Of a stretch of 64,000 nt of DNA, positions 1 through 12,155 are shown piece by piece (positions within the stretch are counted from its first letter, which is position 1; each line of letters begins with the position of its first letter). The stretch spans positions 34,660,001-34,724,000 of the forward strand of contig NW_024704743.1 in assembly GCF_018977255.1 (NCBI RefSeq), read 5' to 3'. The stretch comes from Callorhinchus milii (lineage: Eukaryota). The notes under the pieces were generated by a model. It was not told the DNA's origin and searched no databases. It saw only the letters and a program-made list of their open reading frames with translations. The translations under genes and the position numbers were made by a program.

Positions 1-1941
1 CATCAGAGCGTCCTTTTATTCATCTCTATCAAATTGATTTGAAAGTTTGGGGCTCAATACCACCCTCCCCTCAGACAAGAGTGTCTCTGTGTGCTTCAGA
101 ATGAAACGGCTGAAGCAAGTCAACACAATTCTCTAAAGTCCTTCTTAATAACTTCTGCCCACCAACCCCTCCTGATTTTATAACTAGCAATTTATTCCAA
201 AGTACAACTCTTCTCAACAAAGTTGTGATGATTTTATTAATCCGACAGGGGCAAAATTATAGGAGAGCACTGAGCTCACTGAATATGTTAAGAAACCAGG
301 GAAGCTGTATAGGAAAATTAGTGGGTGGGAGAGAGCTGAAATAGCTTTAGCATGGGTAGTGATTTAGAGCAAAGATCAATCCTTTTAAGCTCCAACCTGC
401 CTTTGCACAGTAATAACCATGTAGTTTAGACTGACAGCTATTTGCACTCCGCTATACAATACTCTACAGAGCTATACCGCACCATACACACTGCATGTTC
501 AGTCAGGAAACCCACCGGCTTCTCTGACCTCTCATTCACGGACGCCAAAAGAAAATTATGACTTTAGCTTGAACATGACAGCAATCCTCAGCTGTTTTAT
601 CTAGGAAAGTATTCTCTTTTTGTTGGGCTATTAGTTTCACAGGCTGATTCTGGCTTGCCTGCATCAGCCAAGGGTTCACTCAATGCCTTTAGCTTTCCTC
701 CAATGCATCGATTTACTGATTGCATAGTGAGCGATACAGACAGCAGATCAAATGCATAGTTACTCCCGAGGAGAAGAAGGCATGAGTGTAAATCCGAGGG
801 TAGAACAACGCTTACTCATGTTTCGGTTGTTTCTTTAATCAAGTCAAATCTCAGCCCCTTTGTGTTCATAGACTGATAAAAGTTCAGTTTTTTTTCTCTT
901 GAGATGAACACATAAATTTAAGAACTAAGCCAAAATCTCACTGTGTTATTAAGTTTAAGAGGGAGCATAGCAATTTTCATGAATTATAGCTGGCACAAAT
1001 TCCACTCTATGGTTATACTCTATGGTAATTGCCTCCAAGATGTGCTGTCCATTGAAATTCTATTTGGTGTGCTTAGCAGACAGGAAATACTGTATTGTTT
1101 TGTGATGCAAAATTAAGTTAGGAAAGAACTAAGTGTTGTATTGAAGAGAAGGGAAGGTGTGAGGTGGGGGGGCAAGAGGTGTGATTTTAGTTTGACTGAA
1201 TTTTGGCAGTAAAGCTGAATTTAAACATTACAAAGTGACCTGAAGTGAAAAGACAGCCAAGGTTGAGACACTGGTGGTTGAACCAATTCTGGCACCAGAG
1301 ACCTCTTCCACCATTGCTGTCAATGCTGTCACTAAACAGTTACCTGATCTGCCCCTGCAAATGTTTGGAACTCGGGACGTGTTGCATATATGACGCAAAG
1401 ATGTCAGATGCCATGTGCATGCAATCAAGGAGCCTTTACCCAATCAGTCTAATGACTAAATAAGGTGAATGAGCAAAGTGGACTGACATCACATCCATCT
1501 GCTGATGTCTGCTACCTTTATTCATGTAAGAAAAACTTAGAAAGATCTTACATTGTTATAGTACCCTAATATCTCTTCAGGCTGGACTGCTGTGGAACCC
1601 GTAGTGTAGAATTGAAACGGATCCTAATTGAAACTAAATCAATCAGGCTGTGCACAGCTAGAGCAGACATGTTAAATTAATATCCACCAATAGCTTTGCT
1701 TTTCTGACACTAATAAGATTTACAATGAGGGATTCAGCAGAATCCAGTGTGACTCAGACCCCGGGATCTTTGAGCTGTACAACAGTTAATTCACTTTACA
1801 ATATATTTCGTAAAGCGATTTGAGATGTCTCAAAGATTTAATAAAGCACTATAACAAATGCAAGGATTAAAACAATTTAACAGTGTTTTTTTGGTGCGAA
1901 GGGAATGCACACAGGTATTCAGCCTGAAGGTAATTTTCAAG

Positions 1942-1971
1942 CTGTGGCATCCTTCACTGTGGCATCCTTCA
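1942..1971. repeat. Exact 15-bp tandem duplication
   Basis: CTGTGGCATCCTTCA x2. Confidence 0.9.
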
Positions 1972-1981
1972 TAGTCTAGTG

Positions 1982-2120
1982 CAGTGATGGCCTGTGGACT
2001 ATCAAGAAGTGGCCCACCAAATGTTAGTCTAGGTTAAGTTGGTGTAGCGTACATCAAGATATTCAATCACAAGAAAATGTATTTTGGTGGCCGACCAAAA
2101 TGGTTGAACAACCACCACTA
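1982..2120. mobile_element. Candidate non-autonomous hAT (Charlie-like) MITE; second partial copy ending at 43605
   Basis: Imperfect TIR CAGTGATGGCC / ACCACCACTA; internal TGGCCGACCAAAA shared with ~43575-43590; flanks GTCTAGTG and GTCTAGGC. Confidence 0.5.
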
Positions 2121-2597
2121 GTATATAAAATATAACTGCCCCAAATTTTGATTGTGGTTTAGACCACAGGCTTCTCAGATTCCAAAGCTCCACATGTTGT
2201 TTTAATAGTCAATGAGGATCCTGAAGCCTTTATTTCTGGCTGTCAAGTCACAGTTTAACTTTTAATATTAATTTTAAAATGGTATCTGGTGAAGTAACGT
2301 TAAACATCTTCGACATCCTCGATCACTTAAAAGTAAACGTGGGTCTAACAGGGAATCTCGAAAGGCTATGAGTGCACAAGTGACCCACTCCCAGGCCTCT
2401 GCCAGTGTTACTCTAATCAGCCTCAAGGAGGATCTCAGGATCATAGGACAGAATCTCAGCCTCTCTCCCTTTATCTTTCCCCCCCATAGTTTTCTCCCAT
2501 TCTTCCTCTTTCCATTGGCCCTGACTGCTGCTGAGATATGATGTACAGGAACCATACACCTTCAAGCACATCAGCCCAGCGCCCATTCTTGTTGTGT

Positions 2598-3711
2598 GAG
2601 GCTGTCTCGTGTGGTGTCCCTCAGGGCTCTGTCGTCGGTCCCCTCCTCTTCACGCTCTATATGCTCCCCCTTGGTGACATCATCCGCAGATATGGGGTTA
2701 ACTTCCACATGTAGGCGGATGACACCCAACTCTACCTTTCCTCCTCTACCCTCAACTCCACGACCACCGATGTCCTGACAATCTGCCTGTCCGACATCGA
2801 GTCCTGGACGAGAGACAACTTTCTTCAGCTCAACGTGCATAAATCTGAGGCCCTTCTGATTGGCTCACGTCAGCGCCTCCGCACCTCAGGCGCCGACACC
2901 ATCAGCATCCAAAGCTGCACTCTCCGCCTCTCAAAGCCGTCAGGAACCTCGGGGTTCTGTTCGACCCTGAGCTGTCCTTTCTCCCTCATATCCGCACCAC
3001 AACTGGCACCGCCTTCCATCACCTCCGGAACATCGCCAGACTACGGCACTACCTCACCCCTCACGCTGCTGAAACCCTGGTCCACGCCTTTATCACCTCA
3101 AGGCTGGACTATGGGAACTCTCTCCTCGCCGGCCTTCCCGGCACCTCCTTCCACAAACTGCAGGTCATTCAGAACTCTGCAGCTCGTGTACTGTCCCGCA
3201 CCAGGCTTCGGGAACACATCACTCCCACCCTCGCTCACCTCCACTGGCTCCCCATCCCCCAGAGGATCGATTTCAAGATCCTCATCCTCACCTACAAGGC
3301 CATTTACGGCCTTGCTCCCTCCTACCTCTCCGACCTACTATCCCCCCACGTACCTGCCCGTACCCTCCGTTCCTCTGGCTCCGGTCTGCTCCACATCCCC
3401 CGCCCCAACCGCCCTACCATCGGTGGCCAGGCCTTCAGCCTCTCAGCCCCGAGGCTCTGGAACTCTATCCCCCAGTGCCTTCGCCGCCTCCTCCCTTTCC
3501 TCCTTCGAGGCCGGTCTCAAGACCTTTCTCTTTGACCGTGCCTTCAGCTCCCCCCTCGACTGTCTACCCCCTCCTCGCTCCCTCCCTTCCCTCCCCTCAC
3601 CCTGACCATTTCCCCCCTGCTCGGGTCCTGACCCAACTGTACAGCTCCTTGGGACGTCCTCCTGACGTGAAAGGCGCTCTCTAAATGGAATCTTGTTGTT
3701 GTTGTTGTTGT
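2598..3711 (+). mobile_element. L2-clade LINE 3' fragment, young family A
   Basis: [29 protein letters not shown] and LHWLPI motifs; 3' stem-loop GGGACGTCCTCCTGACGTGAAAGGCGC; (TTG)n tail. Confidence 0.92.
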
Positions 3712-3784
3712 ATCTGGATCTTTAATGTCTCCCTGAAGAGCAGGCAGACCGCATCGGAACAAACAGATGGTATAGGTTAATGCA

Positions 3785-4788
3785 CAGATTAAAATATCAT
3801 TTTAATTGATTAATACTTTTTCAAATAAAATACATTTGAAGACACATTGTATAAAACAATTTAGACTTCAATAATTTACTATTTACATGAAGCAAAAATA
3901 GTAAGTTAGTAGATATTTGTTTAAAAGGCGCTTGTAGAAGAGAATGTGCATGTGTGTGTGTGTATTCCCTGCAGCAGCAGCAATACTGTGAGGAGCAGCC
4001 TCTTAGACTAAGGCATAGGCACCATAGCACCAATCGCTCGAGCTTTTCATTCGTAGCCGGTTCTGTCACAGTTCTGTCTACCTACCTCAAAGTGAACACT
4101 TGCTAGATACTCTGCGGTGGCTTTGTAATGAAAACTGGAATAGAAATTGTCACAAAACATCAGGATCCACCCATTCTTCCTGGTCCCAAAATACTTGACA
4201 TCGAAGATAGTCTAACTTTTCTCACTTTCCACTCTGTAAGGATGGTGTCCAGTCTTAGGACTTCACTTGGAATCAATCACATGACGATCCTAAATCCTTC
4301 CCAGTTCTTGCACAAACTTCTTTTTTTCTCCTTACAAACAGGTCTGAGGACACAATGTGCTTTGAAATAATATGGCTACAGCTCCTAAAGTTGTACAATG
4401 GGACCTTTATCCTCAGAAGCTGCTGTTTAAAGACTATAACTCTGTAATTATTGTGATGATTTTTCTTCCATGAAGGAGATGCCCTTTTCTTTTCCTGTTG
4501 ACCTTGGTCGCGTGGATCTCTGTATCACAAGGATCATACACGAGGACTCCAGAGTGCACAGGTTCACACTTTCAATCAGTGTCGCTTTTCAAATGTCAAT
4601 TCGTTTTTCTGTAAACATTTCAGTGACAAACTGAAAAAAGGCCGAATCCCTGGGAAATTGGACCAGCCAAACAAGCTGCTGAGAGAGGTGTCAAAGGTGA
4701 AAGTTCATGCTTCAATTGAGGATTGGGGGCAGGGAGGGGGAGGATTGAGAAAGAGCCATCCTCTGATTAAATAAATCCTCTAATAGAA
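3785..4788 (-). other. PXDC1: Probable PXDC1 3' UTR with candidate polyadenylation signal ATTAAA (3806-3801)
   Basis: About 1 kb without recognisable repeats after the stop codon, becoming AU-rich distally, with ATTAAA on the minus strand just before transposon-derived sequence begins. The end position is inferred. Confidence 0.45.
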
Positions 4789-4903
4789 TCATTCCAAAAT
4801 ATCTGTCTCAAAAGGAACAAGCTGGTAGTAGGACAAGTTTGTGACATAGGCACTAGGGTCACTGATCTCAGCCTCGGCAGAATATTCACTTCCATTTTCA
4901 AAG
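4789..4903 (-). CDS. PXDC1: PXDC1 terminal coding exon 5 (115 nt to TGA)
   Basis: Acceptor tgtcttccag|C; encodes (L)[37 protein letters not shown], matching the recalled PXDC1 C-terminus. TGA at 4791-4789. Confidence 0.93.
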
Positions 4904-7115
4904 CTGGAAGACAAGTTTCAGTTAGTGTCAGTGTGGGTTGAAAGCATGTGACAAGGCGCATAATGAATCAAATACACTGAGCGCAGATGAACGAAGATGC
5001 CTCTGTGAATAGTCTCTCCACCCACGATTTACACTCTCTCTTTCTCTCTCTCGCTCTAGAGACCAGATTTTTCTGATATTCTCCCTTCCCCCTCTCGTGA
5101 GGCCTCTTAATTCTGCTGGTATGGTTTCCTGGGAACTGCCAACTCTCCCCAAGTGTTCATTATTCATGTCTGAGACTTGAAGTTGAATGTTATCAGTTTA
5201 TTAAAATGTGGCTGGTTATGTAAGCACCCCAAGACACAGCCTGCGTGATGGGCGCTACAGAAATGCATGTTGTTGTCGGTGATGAACTGAAGCTAAACCT
5301 TGCTTGCCATAATTTACATCTCTGATGGGGTGAAGTGGTGGATGGAGAAGTTATGCTAAATAGTGATTAGTAGTGGGAACCTGGAATGAGTTTCACCCTC
5401 CCTAACCTGAAGTCTGAGACCACCCATACTGAGACCAGCAAGTTCAAATCCAAGGCATCACATGTGGACCTCTCTGCTAATAATTATAATAATACTTACA
5501 TTTGGTATAGTGCCTTTCACAACAGGAATATGTTTCAAAGCACTTTGAAGGATATACTGTAAAATGCAATGACTGTGTGTTTTGTGGGTGAACACAGCCA
5601 CACATTTGCACACAACAGTGCTCCATAAACAGCCATGACTGACCAATTTTATTTGGGCAATTGTTGGCCAGGACACCAGGAGAAACTCCCCTCTCTTTTT
5701 GAATAGTGTTACGGGATCTTTAATGTCCATATGAATGGGCAGATGGAGCAGGGGCTCAATTTAACGCCTCATCCGAAGGACAGTTTGAAATATGAATGCT
5801 TCACTGTGTTAAATCTACCTCTCCTATAACCATCATATCTTCCCACTGATTTAAAATGATCTTTATCTCTTTTGATGACACTTCTGCACACATTAACCGA
5901 TGAAGCAGTGAGTCAAATGAGCTGGTCCCAGTTATCTCTGCCAGTACTGTTCACTGACCCACCACTAGGAAGTGTGCGATATGTGTCATTCCTTGGTTGC
6001 CTCACCTCCATTCTGTGTTTCCACAGCACTTAACCAACCTGACCTATCAGAGATCATAGGTGCTAACGTACAAAACACACAGTCACTCCACTTTACAGTA
6101 AATCTTGTGAAACACTTTTGAGATATCTTCCTGACATGAAAGTCACAATTTTCTTTATCAGCTTAAATGTGGCTCCACGTCCCTGATCCCCATGTCAGTT
6201 CTGCAATTGTACAGTGTGAAACCAGAGGGAAGTTCGATGAGGTGGCACTGGTCTGTTTGGAGCTTTCTCTGCCAGTATCATCTCTCTGGGTACATTTTCA
6301 TCTGCTCGCTAAGTTCTGTGACAGTTAACACTGAATCTGGCTGTGTGGAACAGAAGGCTGCTTCACAGTCCTGCAGGGCGGTCACACGTACAGTCTTTGC
6401 GCCAGCCCTTACACAGCTAAATCACAGCCTTACAATAAAATGATAATGATTACGGTTTATCCTAATCAGTTATGCTTCATTTCAAACTTCAAAAGGTTGT
6501 AGAGAAGCATAACTATGATTAGGATGAAGCATAAATTCTATTCATTTCAAAATGCCAATCACAACTGGTTTACTACAGAGTGTGTTAGCAGTTTCCATCA
6601 TGCTCTATTTTTGTTTCTCCCTTTAATATTCTCCCTTTCTCCGGTCCACCTCTCCTTAACGCATTCTCTTGGGCTAAGGGTTAGTTTCATAGTCACTAGA
6701 GCATCCAAGTAACTATTCTTCATGAGTGAGTCTAGACCAAGAGTGAGTCAGTACAACTTTTTAAATACACACCCAGCCTGTCCTTGCCCATCATCCACCC
6801 ACACAAAATTTCCAGCAGGAATAGCTGGATTGTCATCAGGAGCAGGAATTCTGTTAGAAGTTCTTTGTGCTAGCATGGCAGGCTGTGGCCACTTATAGCA
6901 CCCACAACAGCAACTTTATTTCAGTGATCCCACTCTATTAGTTGGACTTTTGCTGAGATCCGGGCTGTCAGGGCAAAGCCTGCAATAGGCTAGTTGTCCA
7001 GCAGCAATACGGGAGATGTGGCCATAAAGTATCGCTCTCTGTAGTGCTTTGTGACTGAGCCATCAGATCCTTGGCAGTGACTCCTGACCTATAAATGGTT
7101 ACACTGATCACTGGG

Positions 7116-7230
7116 CAACATGTGGTGACAACACGCAATGACAATGTGTGATTGCAATACGCAATGACAACATGTGATGATATTACTGTTGACAATGTGC
7201 CATGACAACACCATTAACAACATGCAATGA
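7116..7230. repeat. Degenerate 13-bp minisatellite (~9 units, CAACAYGYRATGA-like)
   Basis: Units caacatgtggtga, caacacgcaatga, caatgtgtgattg, caatacgcaatga, caacatgtgatga, and so on. Confidence 0.8.
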
Positions 7231-7832
7231 CTTGTATGCAACAGTGGAATTCAGTTAGTGAAGGCTGGAAATGGCGCCAAAGATCACGTGGTCTGACATT
7301 CCAGTACAGTTCTCAGCCTCCGCTAGTCTTATTTCACTGCAGCCCTGAAATCCCTTGGGGGTTTCAGCGGTGAAGGAGCATGTGGTAGACATTGTGTTGT
7401 TTGGACTGCAATGATACCTGGTCTGCAAACATGAATGGAAAGACAATATTATGTTGTAAAGTAAAATATGCAATGTTAAGAAGCCTCCACCTGGGGGCAA
7501 TCTTCTTACAATCCCACTCCCAGCCTAACACATCAGGAGTGTCACACCTCCTTCTACACAAACTGGAAATGTAGCTCTTCATTTAATAACCTCTCTATTC
7601 TCAGTTTCAGCTCAGACACTAATGTAAAGTCATCAATAGCCTGACATTGTTGTCAGATCTCCTTTGACCAGCTGAGGGTCTACTGATGTCCGTAAACTGC
7701 TCTAGATTTGGTCTATCCATCCTGAATAATATCAGGCACCTCATTGTTGCCTGTCTGTTATCCTATTGAAACTAGTTTTTCAGTCACTCGGTAAACATGA
7801 GCTATTACACGAGGTTAAAGCTCTATACTCAC

Positions 7833-7944
7833 AGGGCTTCAGTGGCATCTGTTGCTATGATCTGGTCTTTCCCATTTGGAATACTGTGGTCAAACACAAT
7901 GGTTTCCGTGTTCGCCAAACAGAACCCATTGGAGCGCATAATTT
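7833..7944 (-). CDS. PXDC1: PXDC1 coding exon 4 (112 nt)
   Basis: Not in the ORF track; read manually. Acceptor ttttgtttctgcacag|AA; encodes (E)[36 protein letters not shown](L); donor CT|GTGAGT. Confidence 0.93.
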
Positions 7945-10375
7945 CTGTGCAGAAACAAAATAGAAGATGAAATGAAAACAATCCCATAATATTCAGACAC
8001 AGGTCATAACATTCTGGAGAATCAACGCCCTCCTAGATTCATAAAGTGAAGGGAAGCCTGACTTAATAGGATGAAAACTGTGAAATTTTACCTGAGATTT
8101 TTTGTGACACTGAATATAAGCAAAAGAAAACCTTGAACAAAGCATAAGTTAGTGAATCATTATTCCTATTCAAAGTTTTTAACTAAGGCAGGACCAGCAC
8201 TATAATGAGAATGTGAATCAAGGACTCAAAGGATGACGTGGATAGCTCTGATTTAATGGTTAGGAGTTTCACTACATTGATGGCAAAATAATGAGGTCAA
8301 AATGCTTTGGGTTGGGGTGAACAAGACTGATTCGGAAACCTCAGATGCCTGGTGTGAGACATAGGAATGTCAACTGAGTGGAGCAGTGTGGATGTGCCTC
8401 TGAGTAATGAATTCAGGAGCATTTTGGGGCAGATATTTTATCATCACAAAGAGATATTTTTTCTATGTATGACTGCATGCTGTAACCGTTCTTGGTATAG
8501 CTGATGCCGACACATCATCATTATCAGGAGCAGAGTTCTCATCTGCCATCACTGACATCCTCATTGTGATTGTCTAGGGTTGAAATCTTTTCCCAAGTGC
8601 AAAACCAAATGGGACACAGCAGGGCAGAGAGAAGGATTATTTTATGAGTACAGTATTTACCATTTCTTAGTCTATGATATAGTTCACTGAAAATATAATA
8701 ACCTATATGGGACGAGAGAGATCTCGCAAGTTGCTGTGCCTACATAGGGTTGGGATTAAAGAATCGTAATCTAGGCTGACAATCCAGTGCAGGGTTTGCT
8801 GCAATATTGAAAATGATGTCCTTTGAATGAGATATTAAACTGAGGTTCCATCTGCCTTTTCAGGTGAATGTTAAAAAAAAACAGAAGGGAGTTTCTCCCG
8901 GTGTCCTGGCTAACAATCTACAATAAACAATTATCATTCACTCTATGGCTATTTGTGGGACATTGCTGTGCGCAAATTGGTGCCACAGTCGTCTGCAAAT
9001 ACACAATGACTACACTTTACAGTAAATAACTCTGATGTGCTTTGTGATATTTTGTCATTATAAGAGCTATATCAGGTATAAGAATTATTATTATTATTTG
9101 TCCTGAAGAATCTTTTCCAGCAGAGAGGTACTATTACTATCATCATGTCCAAAGGAGCACTTTTTCAACACTAATTGTCAGTTGTAGCATTAGTTACACA
9201 GAATATAAAATTTTGAGTGCGGCGATGGGGTCTGAATTACAATATTCACAATTTGTAATTGTTGTGTTAATTGTGGTTTCCAGTTTGTGATGATAAGAAG
9301 ATTCTTGATTTCTCAGATTTTCAAAACCACTAATTGTGAATCCCAAAAATCAACAGGTGAGGAAAATGGGATGTATAACGTGGGTTGGGTGAACCATATA
9401 TGCCTAGCCAAGAAGCCCCCAAATAAAATTGGTCATTCAAATCATGGCTGTTTGTAGGATATTGCTGTGTGCAAATTCCTACAAAGTAAAAGTCACTCTG
9501 TAGTAGATCATGCAAAGAGCTTTGAGACATCCTCCTGACGTGATAAAGCACTATATCAAATGCAAGGAATTATTATTATGTAGTAATAATGCAACATGGT
9601 AGAAAAGATGTTGGTTCCTCTACTTAAAGGAGTGCTATCTCCCTGCAAAAAATGTTTAGTAAACTTATTTTTGATTTGTGGAGAGAAGAGGCAGATTAGC
9701 CGTTTATTATCTCGTTGTTCTATTTCACTTCAGAAAACTTCAGAATGCAATATGTGTGTGTTTTTCAGCATTGCTCTATTGAGCCGCACCACAAGTTTGG
9801 ACAGAAGATGGCGCTAATCTATCTGAAAACAAATCCTCAAATTCGTTGCCCCGCAGAAAACAGCAAGCAAATGAGCCAAAGAAACAGATATTGAATGTGA
9901 AGTCTCCAAACTGATATTTTTTGGGTTACCTTTATAGTTTTCATACAACATTTAACTACAGCAGAATTCAGAGCTTTTTCACAACAAGCCCAGTACTGCA
10001 TTCACCGTTTCGCCCACAAATATACAGTCCATTCACTTTACAGCATATTCTGTGAAGAGCTTTGAAACGTCTAGAAGACATGAAAAGCGCTATAGCAAAT
10101 GCAAGGATTATTATTATTATAAATTAGAATCTGAATAAGCAAGATCTCTGGAATATATAACAATGGTATAGCACCTTTTCACGTCATCGAGATGTCTCAA
10201 AGCGCTTCATAGTGTTTACTGTGAAGTGTAATAACTGTATATTTGGAGGCAAATGTGGTAGCCAATTTGTACAGCCAATTGTACACTGTCACAGTCAATG
10301 TCACTCTGATATAGCTGCTTGAAGGCATACTGCAGTCTAGGATGTATTCTTTTCTGCTCCAGCCTCACGTAATGT

Positions 10376-11070
10376 GGAGTCCTGTAGCATATTGGTTAGA
10401 ACATTTGCCTCGCAAGCAAGAGAATCTGGGTTCAATTCCTTGTAGTAAGTAGGAACCCAGTTGTTAAGTGATTGGCAGATCGCTTTCTCAGGCATGATAA
10501 TCCCTTAATTAAAACTAATAAGATAAAATAAATAATTTGGTCACTCAATCCATGATTGTTTGTGGGACACTGCTCTGCGCAATTGGCTGCCGTGTTTCGC
10601 CCACAAATATAGCAACAACAACTTGGATTTATATATATAGCGTCCTCCACTCCGGACGGCGTCTCAGAGCGCTTCACAGTAACGGATCCCGGGGCCGAGC
10701 CAGGGGGAGGGGGAGGAAGGTGACCAAAGGCGCAGTTGAAAAGAAAGGTCTTCACCCGAGACCTGAAAAGAGGAAGAGAGGGAGCAAGACGAAGGGAGTG
10801 AGGAAGGGAGTTCCAGAGCCTCGGGACGCGATGGCTGAAGGGACGGCCGCCGAGGGTGGAGCAAAGGACTTGGGGGACAAGGAAGAGGCCATATCTGGTG
10901 GAACGAAGGGAACGGGCACTGTTGTGAGGAGAGAGGTCAGAGAAGTAGGGGTGGGTGCAGAGAGTGGAGGGATTTGAAAACAAGATCAATTCACTTTACA
11001 GCATATTCTGAGAAGTTCATTGAGACATCTCGAAGATGTGATAAGGCGCTACATCAAAAAAAGCAAGGTT
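10376..11070 (+). mobile_element. tRNA-derived SINE split by an L2 family B insertion
   Basis: Head at 10376, body to ~10612, tail resuming at ~10987 (CAATTCACTTTACAG...). Confidence 0.85.
10613..10986 (-). mobile_element. L2 family B 3' fragment nested in a SINE
   Basis: [38 protein letters not shown]; distinct 3' end (GCTCTGAGACGCCGTCCGGAGTGGAGG...AAATCCAAGTTG). Confidence 0.88.
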
Positions 11071-11798
11071 TTTTTTATAGCAATGTCCCACAAACAGTTA
11101 TAAAGTGAATAATCAATTTGTTATTTAGAAGATTGTTGGCCAGAACACCTGGAGAACATCATCCTGGCTGCTCCTTTGCTCAGAAAACTCGACCTACTTT
11201 ATGTCCCCCACCCTATCTGACTCTTCACTGGCAGGTGAACTTTCTGCCATTTTCCTCCGCTCCCTGGAACTCCTCTGATTCAAACCCTCCTCCCCTCATT
11301 TAAAGCATGTCTCAAGACCTACCTCTTTGACCGCGCTTTGGGTCATCTATCCCCCTCAGCTCCCATCCCCAGCTAAAGTGCTCATCCAGCTTTGTCAAGT
11401 GCTTTGAGATGTCCTACTGATGTGAAAGGCGCAATGTAAATAGTTTTATATTTGTATTAAATAAACAAATGTCCTCAAATCTTTAATGAGATGATAGAAA
11501 TCCAGAATTGAACAGCCTAAAGGGAGGAACAATTCGCCAGAAGTCAAATGGGTGTTCAACTCCAAACCAGTTATTCACTATGGGGTCAAAAAATACTAGA
11601 AATTCTGTAAACCGTGATAATTATCACATCAAATACAGCAAATTGTCCCCCAATAACATCTAATCCACCAATTGGCCACCACTTTGCTAAACCCACTAGG
11701 ACACTTCAACAACAACCCTAATTTATATAGCGCCCTTCATGTGGCAGCATCTCGGACATCTCTGAAAGACCAGACGAAACTTCACGTGTTTCACTCAC

Positions 11799-11916
11799 CA
11801 GATATTTTGACTGGGCTTTGGAAGCTCATCTGAATCTTCTGTATGCTGTCATTTTTTAACACTTGGTCTATTGATGACCTTTCAAAGAAGGTGAGGACAA
11901 CCTCTGACCTGGAATA
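11799..11916 (-). CDS. PXDC1: PXDC1 coding exon 3 (118 nt)
   Basis: Acceptor ctctttgctcag|TAT; encodes [39 protein letters not shown]; donor G|GTGAGT. Confidence 0.95.
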
Positions 11917-12155
11917 CTGAGCAAAGAGGCAGAGAGTTAGTAAGTGCTCGAGATCGACAGAAAAACAACCATGGTAAATAGAGTAACATTTATTTACCCA
12001 AATCAAGTGTACGTGATATGACAAATATGATTGGTGATAATTATTTCATTCCTTTATATCCATTTACAACTTATTGAAAAATCCTGTTAAGAAATTCTGC
12101 AATTAAAACCCCACTGTTATATTTTTACCACATAATAATTAATGCCTGTTTTATA

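Noticed and set aside
2835..3605. Long Pro/Ser-rich ORFs (also 12142-12948, 28384-29139, 62405-63081)
   Set aside because: They are in-frame or off-frame translations of truncated L2 ORF2 fragments, not host genes.
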